Below, piece by piece: positions 46,693 to 56,248 of a stretch of DNA of 64,000 bases. Location: assembly GCA_965203175.1 (NCBI GenBank), contig OZ241867.1:3166461-3230460 (forward strand). Direction: 5' to 3'. Positions within the stretch are counted from its first letter, which is position 1; every line of letters begins with the position of its first letter. The notes under the pieces were generated by a model. It searched no databases. It saw only the letters and a program-made list of their open reading frames with translations, and had not been told where the DNA came from. Both the position numbers and the translations under genes were made by a program. The stretch comes from Candidatus Latescibacterota bacterium. Lineage in GTDB: Bacteria > Latescibacterota > UBA2968 > UBA8231.

Positions 46693-47073
46693 ATGGCATC
46701 GTCCGTAGAATCCCTAGTCGAGCGCGTCCTAGGCGAGCTGCACCGCATCGTGCAAACCGAAACCGTCATCGGACAGCCGTTTCAGGCTGGCGACTTGACC
46801 ATTATTCCGGTATCGAAAATATCGTTTGGCTTTGGGGCCGGCGGAGGACAGGAGGGCAAGGGGCAGAGCGGGACGGGCGGCGGCGCGAACATCGAACCCA
46901 TCGCCTTCCTCATCGTCGATGCCGACGGCAGGGTGCAGGTGGCGTCCATCGGCGATCAGGATGCTGCTTGGAATCAGATTATCGGGCTGGTGCCCGAGGC
47001 CATCGCCAAGATCAAGAAGTTCGTCAGCAAGAACAAAGAGAAAGATGCCAAGGGCGAGGGCGAGGGCGATTGA
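46693..47073 (+). CDS. ytfJ: GerW/YtfJ-family protein
   Basis: 126 aa. Contains TETVIGQPFQAGDLTIIPVSKISFGFGAGGG...GGGANIEPIAFLIV, the characteristic YtfJ/GerW core. Confidence 0.78.
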   Translation: MASSVESLVERVLGELHRIVQTETVIGQPFQAGDLTIIPVSKISFGFGAGGGQEGKGQSGTGGGANIEPIAFLIVDADGRVQVASIGDQDAAWNQIIGLVPEAIAKIKKFVSKNKEKDAKGEGEGD

Positions 47074-47079
47074 GCCACC

Positions 47080-47601
47080 TCAGTGGTGGTCTTGGCTGGT
47101 GGGGAATACCTTGAAGCACCCGTCTAGCAACAGGTGGGTGTACCAACCGACGATGCAGGCTATAAAGAACACCACGTGCCCTTCTAGCAGGGTGTGGACG
47201 TTGTCCCAGGTAAATTCCCCGAGAAAAGCCTGCCGCGCCCGCCAGTATTCGTAACTCGTGCCCAGCACCCCTACGGTGATGAACGGGCTGATCTTCCAGT
47301 GCGTCCAGCCGCGATGGTGATCCAAAAGCGGTAGGACGCACAAGAGGCCCACTAGCGTCGCCAACTCGTAGTGTTCGGTCCAGCCCAGATAGAGCAGGAT
47401 GCAGAAGACGCCGCGGAAAAACCACCTCTGCGCCACTGAAGCCGTGTCCAAGTCGGGAAAGAGGGAGAAAAACAGCGCGGTGCCGACGACAGCAGCTTGG
47501 GTCGTCAGGTCGTCGGGCGCGACATAGCCGGAGGAAACCGCGCCTATCGCGACTCCGGTCCCCGTGACGACTCCTCCCAAGACATGTCCTTTGAAGTTCA
47601 C
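47080..47601 (-). CDS. Membrane-bound metal-dependent hydrolase (DUF457/YdjM-like)
   Basis: 173 aa. N-terminus MNFKGHVLGG, a HHRGWTHW motif and several TM helices. Confidence 0.55.
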   Translation of the reverse strand: MNFKGHVLGGVVTGTGVAIGAVSSGYVAPDDLTTQAAVVGTALFFSLFPDLDTASVAQRWFFRGVFCILLYLGWTEHYELATLVGLLCVLPLLDHHRGWTHWKISPFITVGVLGTSYEYWRARQAFLGEFTWDNVHTLLEGHVVFFIACIVGWYTHLLLDGCFKVFPTSQDHH

Positions 47602-47611
47602 GATTCCACGC

Positions 47612-48658
47612 TCATTTTTTTTGCTGATGATAGAGCTGGCCGCAGGCCGCGTCGATGTCTCGCCCGCGGCTGTGGCGCACGGTAAACTCGACGCCGCAGC
47701 CTTTGAGCACTTGGTAAAACTGCTCTAGGCGCTGACGGGCGGGCCGACGGAAGCGGCGGTCTGTTGTTTCATTATAGGGTATGAGGTTGATCTTGCAGGG
47801 AATGTCGCGGGTTAGTTCGGCCAGCCGCCGCGCGTCCGCGTCTGCATCGGTCAAGCCGGCCATGAGCACGTATTCGAAGGTGACGCCATAGCCGCGACAG
47901 GCGAAAAACTCGCACGCGACCGCCAAGAGGTCGGCGATCTTGTACTTGCGATTGATCGGCATGAGTTGTTCGCGCATCTCGTCGGTCGTGGCGTTGAGCG
48001 AAATGGCCAACCCCACGTTGAGATCTTCGGCCATGAGCCGGCGGATGCCCGGGATGTAACCCGCAGTGGATACCGTGACTTTCCGCCCCCCCAACCCAAT
48101 GCCCTCTTTTAGGCGCATTAGCCTTAGCGCGCGCGTGACCGCCGGGTAGTTGAGCAGCGGCTCGCCCATTCCCATCATCACCACGTTGGTCACCCTCTCG
48201 CCTCGCTCGCGGGCGAAGTGGTTCACCTGCAAGAGTTGATCGACGATCTGCCCGGCTTCGAGGTTGGCTATCATCCCCATCCGCCCGGTGGCGCAGAACT
48301 TGCAGTCGAGCGGGCAGCCCACTTGCGACGACAGGCACGCCGTGCGTCGGGTGCTATCGACGATCAGGACGGATTCGATCCGCTGCCCGGTGGGCAGTTC
48401 AAAGAGAAATTTGACAGCCTCGCCCGTGGCCGACTCTTGACGCTCGACCAAGTTCAGGCAAGTAATGCGCGTCCGCTCAGCGAGCTTTTCCCGCAAAATT
48501 TTGGAGATGTTGGTCATCTCCTGGATGTCGCGCACGCCCTTGGCGTAGAGCCAATCGAGGATTTGACGAGTGCGGTACGCCGGTTCTTCGAGCTCGCCGA
48601 CGAGCTGATCGAGCTCTCCGGGCAGCATGGCTTTTAAGTCGTAGAGCTGACTAACCAC
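47612..48658 (-). CDS. rlmN: 23S rRNA/tRNA (adenine-C2)-methyltransferase, radical SAM
   Basis: 348 aa. Motifs YRTRQILDWLY, SSQVGCPLDCKFCATG and GMGEPL. Confidence 0.92.
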   Translation of the reverse strand: MVSQLYDLKAMLPGELDQLVGELEEPAYRTRQILDWLYAKGVRDIQEMTNISKILREKLAERTRITCLNLVERQESATGEAVKFLFELPTGQRIESVLIVDSTRRTACLSSQVGCPLDCKFCATGRMGMIANLEAGQIVDQLLQVNHFARERGERVTNVVMMGMGEPLLNYPAVTRALRLMRLKEGIGLGGRKVTVSTAGYIPGIRRLMAEDLNVGLAISLNATTDEMREQLMPINRKYKIADLLAVACEFFACRGYGVTFEYVLMAGLTDADADARRLAELTRDIPCKINLIPYNETTDRRFRRPARQRLEQFYQVLKGCGVEFTVRHSRGRDIDAACGQLYHQQKK

Positions 48659-48669
48659 CTTAAAAGTCC

Positions 48670-48698
48670 TTGACGATTATATGGTATATTATATATGT
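48670..48698 (+). promoter_or_regulatory. Possible promoter in the AT-rich rlmN/M23 divergent spacer
   Basis: TTGACG (48670-48675) followed 16-17 nt later by a TATATG/ATATGT stretch. The -10 register is ambiguous. Confidence 0.3.
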
Positions 48699-48774
48699 TA
48701 AACGTTTGCGGCTATTGGTCAACGGTGCCCCAACCGTTGTCGATTCTCTTACTTTTCTCTCCTACACTTTGAAT

Positions 48775-50106
48775 ATGCGATTCGGATTTTCCATCTGGTC
48801 ATGGGGCGTCCTATTGGGCTGCCTTGCGCTTATGGCGCTGCGCTTGGGGATGTCCTTTCAACACTCGGCGGTTGCAACTGTCCAACTTGGGGAAGTAGCT
48901 CTTACTCCGGCCGCTGAGGCCGCACTGTGGGAGCCGTCCTTTGTCGGCCCCCCGGTTCCACCACCCCCCGACGACCTCACGCGGACAATTGCCGCCGCGC
49001 TGAGCCGCGGGGATTCCATCGACCGCTCGCTCAAGCACCACCGTGTCCCGAGTGACCAATTGGAGCCGCTGTACCAAGCGCTGTACGCGATTCTCAATCC
49101 CGCGCAAGTCAAGCCGGGTGACTACTACGAGGTCGCAATCGACACTAGTGACGTCATTCGCCGCTTCTGCTACACGCCTCACCGCACCCCGGATCGTCCG
49201 ATTGAGGTAGAGCTGCGCGACGGCCAGTTCGTCGCCCGCCAGTTGCAGCTACCGCTGGAGCGACGGGTCGAGCGGCTCGAAGTGCGCATCGAAAACAACC
49301 TCTCCAACGCCATCAGCGAGGCCGGGGAAGGCAGCGCGCTCAGCGACTTGATCGCCGATGACATATTTGGCGCAGTCATTGACTTCCAGCGCGACCCGCG
49401 TCGCGGCGATCGGCTGGGGATCGTCTTTGAAAAGCTCTACCTAGACGAGCGCTTCGTCCGCTACGGCCACGTCCTCTTGGCGCGCTACGAAGGCGAACGA
49501 GTGACCGAATTGGCGGTCCGCTATGCTCCCGCCGAGGGAGAGGACGCCTATTACAACGCCAGCGGTCGCTCCCTCGGTCGGATGTTCGTACTCAAGCCCC
49601 TTGGAGTCAATCGCATCACCTCGCCCTTCAACCGCCAACGCTTCCATCCCGTACTCAAAAAGCAGCGGCCCCATCTGGGCACGGACTACGGTGCGCCGAC
49701 CGGCACCCTAGTGTGGACTACGGCTCGCGGGGAGGTTGCGTACGCCGGCTGGAAAGGCGGTTACGGCAAGTTAGTCGAAATTGTCCATTCCAATGGCTAC
49801 CGCACCCGCTACGCGCACCTGAGCAAGATATTGGTTCGCAAAGGTCAGCTTGTACAGCAAAAAGAGATCATCGGCAAAGTTGGTGCCACCGGACTGGCGA
49901 CTGGTTCCCACCTGCACTACGAAATCATCAAGAATGGCCATCACATCAATCCCGAACACATCAACACGGGCAGTGTCATTCCAACCCTAGCCGACGACCT
50001 GTTACCCGATTTTGTCCGGAAGCGCGACGCGCTTTTGCATGCCCTCTCGCTTGGCTCACGCCACTTGGCTTTTCACACAGGCCCCTTGACATCTACCCTG
50101 CCCTAG
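48775..50106 (+). CDS. M23-family (LytM-type) peptidoglycan endopeptidase
   Basis: Motifs HLGTDYGAPTGT and GATGLATGSHLHYEI. TM/signal sequence MRFGFSIWSWGVLLGCLALMAL from ATG 48775 (the track ORF starts at 48670). Confidence 0.8.
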   Translation: MRFGFSIWSWGVLLGCLALMALRLGMSFQHSAVATVQLGEVALTPAAEAALWEPSFVGPPVPPPPDDLTRTIAAALSRGDSIDRSLKHHRVPSDQLEPLYQALYAILNPAQVKPGDYYEVAIDTSDVIRRFCYTPHRTPDRPIEVELRDGQFVARQLQLPLERRVERLEVRIENNLSNAISEAGEGSALSDLIADDIFGAVIDFQRDPRRGDRLGIVFEKLYLDERFVRYGHVLLARYEGERVTELAVRYAPAEGEDAYYNASGRSLGRMFVLKPLGVNRITSPFNRQRFHPVLKKQRPHLGTDYGAPTGTLVWTTARGEVAYAGWKGGYGKLVEIVHSNGYRTRYAHLSKILVRKGQLVQQKEIIGKVGATGLATGSHLHYEIIKNGHHINPEHINTGSVIPTLADDLLPDFVRKRDALLHALSLGSRHLAFHTGPLTSTLP

Positions 50107-50126
50107 CTTGTATTGGCTGTCTCGCT

Positions 50127-50528
50127 ATGGAATTGAAATCGCTGCAAGAAATCGAGAATCTAGCCGAGCGCGACGGTCGCTATAAAAGGGATGCGTACCT
50201 CTTTGTGTACGACGCGCTGGAGTACACAGTGCAAAAGCTCGGCAAGGACGCCTTGGCCAGCGAGAAGCGGCACATTTCCGGCCGAGATCTGCTCTTTGGC
50301 ATCAGCGAGTACAGCGCCGATCAGTTTGGACCGCTTACCTGCTCGGTCTTTACCTACTGGGGCGTCGAGCAGACGCGCGATTTTGGCGAGATTGTCTTCA
50401 ATTTGGTCGGCGCGAATTTGCTGCGCAAAACAGATGAGGACCGGATTGAGGACTTCATCAATGTGTACGACTTTGCCGAGGAATTCGACTGGAAGAAGCG
50501 CAAGGCCGACCTCAAGCGCCTGTCCTGA
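50127..50528 (+). CDS. Small conserved hypothetical protein, Minf_1886-family-like
   Basis: 133 aa from ATG 50127. The pattern RYKRDAYLFVYDALEYT...HISGRDLLFGI...FGPL...WGV..TRDFGEIVFNLV matches my memory of that family. Not verified. Confidence 0.45.
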   Translation: MELKSLQEIENLAERDGRYKRDAYLFVYDALEYTVQKLGKDALASEKRHISGRDLLFGISEYSADQFGPLTCSVFTYWGVEQTRDFGEIVFNLVGANLLRKTDEDRIEDFINVYDFAEEFDWKKRKADLKRLS

Positions 50529-50543
50529 GCGCGGGACGCGAAG

Positions 50544-51755
50544 ATGAAAATCGCCTACTTCGACTGCTTCTCAGGTGTCAGCGGCGACATGATCTTGGGT
50601 GCCCTGCTCGACGCAGGCCTCGCGCTAGAGGATCTCAACCGAGAAATTGCCAAGCTGGGCGTACAGGACGTCGCCATTGAGCGCGAAGCCACCGCCCGGC
50701 ACGCCATTGCCGCCACCCGCGCCAAAGTCTGCGTGGCCGGCGCGCCTTTGGCCGACGCCGAGCATCATCTCGACCTGTCTGGCGAGCGCACGCCCACCCA
50801 CCCTCACGCCCACCTCAAAGATATAACTAGCCGCATTGCCGACAGTCGCTTGGACTGCGTCGTCAAGGAGCGTTCCATCCGCGTTTTTGAGCGCCTGTGT
50901 GCAGCCGAAGCCGAGGTGCACAACGCCGCGCCCGCCGAAGTCGCCCTGCACGAAGTGGGTGCCCTCGATGCCCTGATAGACGTAGTAGGGGCCGTAGCCG
51001 GCCTCCAACTCTTGGAGGTGGATGAGGTCTGCGCTTCGCCCTTGCGCTTTGGCACGGGTTTTGTGGACTGTGCGCACGGGCGCTACCCGGTGCCAGTGCC
51101 CGGGGTCTTGGCCCTCTGCCGCGATGTGCCGACCGAACAGACCGATATCCGCGCCGAACTTGTCACTCCGACTGGGGCAGCGATCATCACCACCTTGACC
51201 CATTTCTTTGGTCCGCAGCCGCCCTTTTGCCAACAGGCCGTAGGCTATGGCGCGGGCCGCCGCGACTTAGAGGCCATCCCCAATCTATTGCGCCTGCGCT
51301 TGGGCGAGCGAACGCCGGCCAGCGAGCGCGTCCTGCTGATCGAAGCCAATATCGACGACATGAATCCAGAAGTGTACGGCTATCTCTTCGACCGGCTGCT
51401 AGAGCAGGGTGCGTACGACGTGTACGCCACGCCGGTCCTCATGAAGAAAGGCCGCCCAGGCAACGTCCTTAGCGTCCTCGCTCCGACGGGACGCTTGGAC
51501 GAGCTAGCCGAGATCGTCCTGCAAGAAACGACAACCATCGGCCTCCGCTACTACGGGGTGGAACGCCGCGTCTTGGAACGCCAGATCCGCATCGTTGCCA
51601 CGCCGTACGGGGAGGTCGGCGTCAAGTTTAGTTGTATAGACGGACGTAGCCGCGCCGCTCCTGAATACGAGGACTGCGCGCGGCTAGCCCAAGAGCACCA
51701 AGTGCCCTTGCTCTCCGTATATGAGGCCGCTCGAGCGGCCGCCATCAAGGAGTAA
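50544..51755 (+). CDS. larC: Nickel-pincer cofactor biosynthesis / nickel insertion protein
   Basis: 403 aa. N-terminus MKIAYFDCFSGVSGDMILGALLDAG (DUF111/LarC). Confidence 0.85.
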   Translation: MKIAYFDCFSGVSGDMILGALLDAGLALEDLNREIAKLGVQDVAIEREATARHAIAATRAKVCVAGAPLADAEHHLDLSGERTPTHPHAHLKDITSRIADSRLDCVVKERSIRVFERLCAAEAEVHNAAPAEVALHEVGALDALIDVVGAVAGLQLLEVDEVCASPLRFGTGFVDCAHGRYPVPVPGVLALCRDVPTEQTDIRAELVTPTGAAIITTLTHFFGPQPPFCQQAVGYGAGRRDLEAIPNLLRLRLGERTPASERVLLIEANIDDMNPEVYGYLFDRLLEQGAYDVYATPVLMKKGRPGNVLSVLAPTGRLDELAEIVLQETTTIGLRYYGVERRVLERQIRIVATPYGEVGVKFSCIDGRSRAAPEYEDCARLAQEHQVPLLSVYEAARAAAIKE

Positions 51756-52516
51756 TGACCATCATGTTGCGATTGATCTTATGCGCGTTATGGCTGGTTC
51801 CGCTGTCGAGCCAAGCTGCGGAATGGCCGGCTTATAGGGGAGACCTAGACGAATTCGACAATATCCAGCACCTGCCCGCGGGCGAAGGCCCAGCCCGCTT
51901 TGTGCTCGGCGACAACGATGGCCGGCTCCACGTCTATGAAGAACGCGACCGCACCTATACCGGGGTGTGGGACAGCGACTATCTCGAAGGCGCCGTGGCT
52001 GGCATGTTCGTCTTAGACATCAACGACGACCAGCTCGACGAGATCGTCGCCTATACCGACCGCGGTCGCGTGTATTACTTCGACTCCCAGGACTACACGC
52101 TGCTGTGGAGCAACTCGCCCAATGAATACGACCGCATTACCAGCCTGACCATCGGCGACATCGACGACGACCCCCAGCCTGAGCTCGTGTTTTGCGCCGA
52201 TGGCCGCTTAGTCGTGTACGACGGCCGCGATCAGTACGAGCAGTGGCGCAGCGACCAAACCGACTTGACGGCCCATCAGATTCTCATTGGAGACGTAGAT
52301 GGGGACGACGAAGACGAGATCGTGCTCAACGACGGCTACGTGTTCGACGCTCGCTTCTTCGACTTGGAGTGGAAATATTCCGAGCCTTTTGGCGAGCGCA
52401 TGGGCCTGCTCGACCTTGACGAAGACCAGATTCCCGAAGTCATCGGCGAGTTTCAGGGCCGCTACCTGCGCATCTTTGACATCGACCTCCGGCGGGAAAA
52501 GTCGCTCAGCCGCTAG
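51755..52516 (+). CDS. Secreted small FG-GAP-like beta-propeller repeat protein
   Basis: 253 aa with a signal peptide. Repeated acidic loops: DINDDQLDEIV, GDIDDDPQPELV, GDVDGDDEDEIV, LDLDEDQIPEVI. TAATG overlap with the larC stop. Confidence 0.5.
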   Translation: MTIMLRLILCALWLVPLSSQAAEWPAYRGDLDEFDNIQHLPAGEGPARFVLGDNDGRLHVYEERDRTYTGVWDSDYLEGAVAGMFVLDINDDQLDEIVAYTDRGRVYYFDSQDYTLLWSNSPNEYDRITSLTIGDIDDDPQPELVFCADGRLVVYDGRDQYEQWRSDQTDLTAHQILIGDVDGDDEDEIVLNDGYVFDARFFDLEWKYSEPFGERMGLLDLDEDQIPEVIGEFQGRYLRIFDIDLRREKSLSR

Positions 52517-52526
52517 CGGTCTGGCC

Positions 52527-52556
52527 TTGACACTTCGGCGGCGACCAGCGTATATA
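52527..52556 (+). promoter_or_regulatory. Near-consensus sigma70-type promoter
   Basis: TTGACA (52527-52532), 18-nt spacer, TATATA (52551-52556), 38 nt upstream of the ATG at 52595. Confidence 0.5.
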
Positions 52557-52594
52557 CTCCCTTCTCATACAAACGCCAACAAGGAGCGACTGCA

Positions 52595-53584
52595 ATGCGA
52601 CCCGTCACCCTCTTCACTGGCCAGTGGGCCGACCTGTCTATCGAGACCCTCTGCCAACAAGCCGTTGAGTTTGGCTACGACGGCTTGGAACTGGCCTGCT
52701 GGGGAGACCACTTTGAGGTTGACCAAGCCACAGATGCCTATTGCCAGGCCAAGCGCGAACTGCTCGAAAAATACAATCTAGCGCTGTTTTCCATTTCCAA
52801 TCACCTCGTCGGCCAAGCCGTGTGCGACGCCATTGACAGCCGCCACCAGGCCATCCTGCCTCCGAGCATCTTCGGCGACGGCGACCCAGAGGGCGTGCGC
52901 CAGCGCGCGGCCGAAGAGATGATCGCCACGGGTCGTGCGGCCGCCCGGCTCGGGGTTGACGTGGTCAACGGCTTTACCGGCTCCTCAATCTGGCCGCTGC
53001 TCTATTCATTCCCGCCGGTATCCCCTGACATGATCGAGGCAGGCTACGCGGATTTTGCCGCGCGCTGGAAACCCATACTCGACCAATACCAAGCGCTCGG
53101 CGTCAAATTCGCGCTAGAAGTTCACCCCACTGAAATCGCCTTTGATATTGCCTCGGCCGAGCGCGCCATAGACGCACTCGACGGCCACCCGGCCTTTGGC
53201 TTCAACTACGATCCCAGCCACCTCGGCTACCAGGGCGTGGACTACGTCGAGTTTATCTACCGATTCAGCGACCGCATCTTCCACGTCCACATGAAGGACG
53301 TAGGTTGGTCCGCGACGCCGACCGAGGCCGGGGTCTTCGGCGGGCACACCGAGTTCGGCGACCGCCGGCGCTATTGGGACTTTCGCTCGTTGGGCCGCGG
53401 CAATATCGACTTTGAGGAAATCATCCGCGCTCTCAACCGCATCAACTACCAAGGGCCGCTGTCGGTCGAATGGGAAGACAGCGGCATGGATCGCGTCCAC
53501 GGCGCGACGGAAGCGGCAGCTTTTGTCAAACAGGTCGATTTCCCGCCTTCGGACATTGCCTTTGACGCGGCGTTTGAGGATTAG
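52595..53584 (+). CDS. Sugar phosphate isomerase/epimerase (xylose isomerase-like TIM barrel)
   Basis: 329 aa. Motifs [26 protein letters not shown] and HVHMKD. Confidence 0.78.
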   Translation: MRPVTLFTGQWADLSIETLCQQAVEFGYDGLELACWGDHFEVDQATDAYCQAKRELLEKYNLALFSISNHLVGQAVCDAIDSRHQAILPPSIFGDGDPEGVRQRAAEEMIATGRAAARLGVDVVNGFTGSSIWPLLYSFPPVSPDMIEAGYADFAARWKPILDQYQALGVKFALEVHPTEIAFDIASAERAIDALDGHPAFGFNYDPSHLGYQGVDYVEFIYRFSDRIFHVHMKDVGWSATPTEAGVFGGHTEFGDRRRYWDFRSLGRGNIDFEEIIRALNRINYQGPLSVEWEDSGMDRVHGATEAAAFVKQVDFPPSDIAFDAAFED

Positions 53585-53586
53585 TC

Positions 53587-55146
53587 TTGCAGCGTCTTGC
53601 CATCCTCTTGCTCGTCGCCTTACTCGTCGCCTGTGGTGGTGAGGAGCGGGCGCAGCAGACGTTGGTTTTTGGCCGTGGCTCGGATTCGATCGGGCTAGAT
53701 CCGGCGATTGAAAACGACGGCGAATCGTTCAAGGTCTGCGACAACATCTACGAGACGTTGGTGACCTACGACAGCGAGAGCACGGCCGTGGTGCCGCAGC
53801 TGGCGCATTCTTGGGACATCGCGGACGATCAGCTGACGTGGACTTTCCACTTGCGCACGGGGGTCCGCTTCCACGACGGCACCCCCTTTAACGCCGAGGC
53901 CATGCTGTTTTCGCTCGGGCGGCAGTTTGACAAAGACCATCCCTTCCACAAGGTCGCTGGTTCGTACAAGTACTGGCAGGCCATGGGCATGGACGACATT
54001 GTCGCCGCGTTGGAAGCCCCGGACGACTCGACTTTTGTCATCCGCCTCAAAGAGCCTCATGCTCCCTTTTTGGCGAACTTGGCGATGAACTTCTGTTCGG
54101 CCGTCAGTCCCACTGCGGTGGCCCGTTACGGTAGCGATTACTTCAAAAATCCAGTCGGTACCGGCCCTTTTCGCTTTGTCGAATGGCGCAAGGACGAGCG
54201 CATCGTCTTGGAGCGCAATTCCGATTACTGGGGGCCACAGCCGCAGCTTGATCGCCTAATTTTTAAGCCTATTCAGGAAGGCTCGATGCGCTTCTTGGAG
54301 CTTTCGCAGGGCACGATTCACGGCTTCGACAACCTCAGTCCTGAGTACATTGAGCCGATCCGCGCCGACCCCAACCTCCACCTCTTGACGCAGGCGGGCA
54401 TGAATACCGGCTACTTGGCCATGAACATGGACAAGAAGCCTTTCGACGATGTGCGGGTGCGCCGAGCCATAAACCACGCCGTGGATAAGCAGGCCCTCGT
54501 GGATAATTTCTACGAGGGCTTGGCCATGCCAGCCAAAAACCCCATTCCACCGACCTTGTGGAGTTACAACGACACTATTGCGGGCTATGGCTATGATCCG
54601 GCGAAAGCGCGGGCCTTACTGGAGGAAGCTGGTTATGCCGACGGCTTTGAAACCGAGCTGTGGGCCATGCCGGTGCCGCGCCCCTATATGCCACAGCCTA
54701 GCAAGATCGCCGAGGCGATTCAGGCCGACTTGGAAAAGGTGGGTATCCGCGCCCGCATTGTGTCTTGGGAATGGGGGACGTACTTGGACAAGGTGTTCGA
54801 TGGCCAGCACCAGATGGCTTTGTTGGGCTGGACCGGCGACAATGGCGACCCGGACAACTTCCTCTACGTGCTCCTCGATTCCACCGCGGCCATCAAACCC
54901 GCCCAGAATATCTCCTTTTACCGCAGTGGCGAACTGCACGACGCACTCGTCGCGGCCCGTCGCTCCACCGACCGCGACGTGCGCACGCGGCTCTACGCCC
55001 AGGCGCAGGAAATCGTCCACCGCGACGCTCCTTGGGTCCCCCTAGTACACGCAACGCAGACGGTGGTTTTCCAGCGCCGCGTCACTGGCTTCAAGCTGCA
55101 TCCCACGGGCAGCAAGTGGTTCCACAGCACCGCGCTGACGCCTTGA
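53587..55146 (+). CDS. ABC transporter substrate-binding lipoprotein, family 5 (peptide/nickel, Dpp/Opp/Nik type)
   Basis: 519 aa with a TTG start. Lipobox LLVACGG. Segments typical of SBP family 5: GVRFHDGTPFNAEA, GTGPFRFVEW, YNDTIAGYGYDPAKA. Confidence 0.85.
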   Translation: MQRLAILLLVALLVACGGEERAQQTLVFGRGSDSIGLDPAIENDGESFKVCDNIYETLVTYDSESTAVVPQLAHSWDIADDQLTWTFHLRTGVRFHDGTPFNAEAMLFSLGRQFDKDHPFHKVAGSYKYWQAMGMDDIVAALEAPDDSTFVIRLKEPHAPFLANLAMNFCSAVSPTAVARYGSDYFKNPVGTGPFRFVEWRKDERIVLERNSDYWGPQPQLDRLIFKPIQEGSMRFLELSQGTIHGFDNLSPEYIEPIRADPNLHLLTQAGMNTGYLAMNMDKKPFDDVRVRRAINHAVDKQALVDNFYEGLAMPAKNPIPPTLWSYNDTIAGYGYDPAKARALLEEAGYADGFETELWAMPVPRPYMPQPSKIAEAIQADLEKVGIRARIVSWEWGTYLDKVFDGQHQMALLGWTGDNGDPDNFLYVLLDSTAAIKPAQNISFYRSGELHDALVAARRSTDRDVRTRLYAQAQEIVHRDAPWVPLVHATQTVVFQRRVTGFKLHPTGSKWFHSTALTP

Positions 55147-55149
55147 GCC

Positions 55150-56160
55150 ATGCACCGCTTCGTCCTCCGGCGGCTCATCGCGCTCTTGCCGACGCTGGCG
55201 GGGATTTCGCTTTTAGTTTTTCTGATGCTCTACTTGGTGCCGGGGGATCCGGCCCAGGTCATGCTCGGGGAGCGCGCCAATGCCGAGAGCTTGGCCGAGT
55301 TGCGCGCGACTATGGGCCTCGACCAGCCCTTTCACGTGCAGTTTTATCGCTTCTTCACCGGCTTGTTGAGCGGGGATCTCGGCCGTTCGATTCGCACTCA
55401 CGAGAAAATTACCACTGAACTCGTCCAGCGCTTCCCGGCCACTTGCGAGCTAACCTTGGCCAGTATGCTGCTGGCCATGACCGTCGGCATCTCGGCTGGA
55501 CTGTGGGCTGCGGTGCGGCGGGGCAAGATCGCCGATCTGCTCAGCATGATTTTGGCCACGGCCGGCATTTCCATTCCCGTGTTTTGGCTGGCTCTGATGC
55601 TGGTGTTGCTGTTGGCCTTTTACGTACCGCTCTTCCCGGTGTCCGGCCGCTTGAGTACGCATATCTACTTTGAGCCGATCACCTATTTCTACATAATCGA
55701 TACCCTCGCGCAGGGCGACTTCGCGGCCTGCGGCGACGTGTTGTGGCATCTCTTCTTGCCGGCCCTGACTTTGGGGACCATTCCCATGGCCGTCATTGCG
55801 CGCATGACCCGCGCCAGCCTGCTCGACGTCCTCGGCGAGGACTACATCCGCACGGCTTGGGCCAAGGGCCTGCGGGAGCGGGTGGTGATTGTGCGCCACG
55901 CCCTGAAAAACGCCTTCATACCCACGCTTACGGTCATTGCCCTGCAATTCGGCTACCTGCTCGGGGGCGCGGTTATAACGGAGACTATCTTCGCTTGGCC
56001 CGGAGTTGGACGCTGGCTCTTTTTGGCGGTGCAGGCGCGCGATTTCCGCGCGGTGCAGGGCGGGGTTTTGCTGCTGGCCACGGTCTTCGTGCTGGCCAAC
56101 CTCATAGCCGACATACTCTACGCTTGGCTAGATCCGCGCATACGCTACGACGAGGAATAG
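55150..56160 (+). CDS. ABC transporter permease (DppB/OppB type)
   Basis: 336 aa. N-terminus MHRFVLRRLIALLPTLAGISLLVFLMLYLVPGDP and the EAA-loop region EDYIRTAWAKGL. Confidence 0.88.
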   Translation: MHRFVLRRLIALLPTLAGISLLVFLMLYLVPGDPAQVMLGERANAESLAELRATMGLDQPFHVQFYRFFTGLLSGDLGRSIRTHEKITTELVQRFPATCELTLASMLLAMTVGISAGLWAAVRRGKIADLLSMILATAGISIPVFWLALMLVLLLAFYVPLFPVSGRLSTHIYFEPITYFYIIDTLAQGDFAACGDVLWHLFLPALTLGTIPMAVIARMTRASLLDVLGEDYIRTAWAKGLRERVVIVRHALKNAFIPTLTVIALQFGYLLGGAVITETIFAWPGVGRWLFLAVQARDFRAVQGGVLLLATVFVLANLIADILYAWLDPRIRYDEE

Positions 56161-56167
56161 AGGGGAC

Positions 56168-56213
56168 AAAAAAGTGGAGGCAACGAGCAAGGCCGTTACC
56201 TCCACTTTTTGTG
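56168..56213. terminator. Bidirectional intrinsic terminator hairpin
   Basis: An A6 run, then stem GTGGAGG(c)AACG, loop agcaaggc, stem CGTT(a)CCTCCAC, then T5. Sits between two convergent genes (ends at 56160 and 56249). Confidence 0.75.
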
Positions 56214-56248
56214 TTTAACAGTGCCTATGTCGCTGGCACTGCGTCCTC

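Noticed and set aside
49713-50126. N-terminal extension of the Minf_1886-like ORF (track ORF 49713..50528, 271 aa)
   Set aside because: The first 138 codons overlap the M23 peptidase gene in another frame and are Arg/Pro/Ser-rich. The conserved-looking part starts at ATG 50127.
56161-56175. Inverted repeats at the putative inversion breakpoints (56161-56175 and 63467-63483)
   Set aside because: Only a direct GACAAA hexamer is shared. No inverted repeat or recombinase site is visible, so the inversion remains a synteny-based hypothesis.
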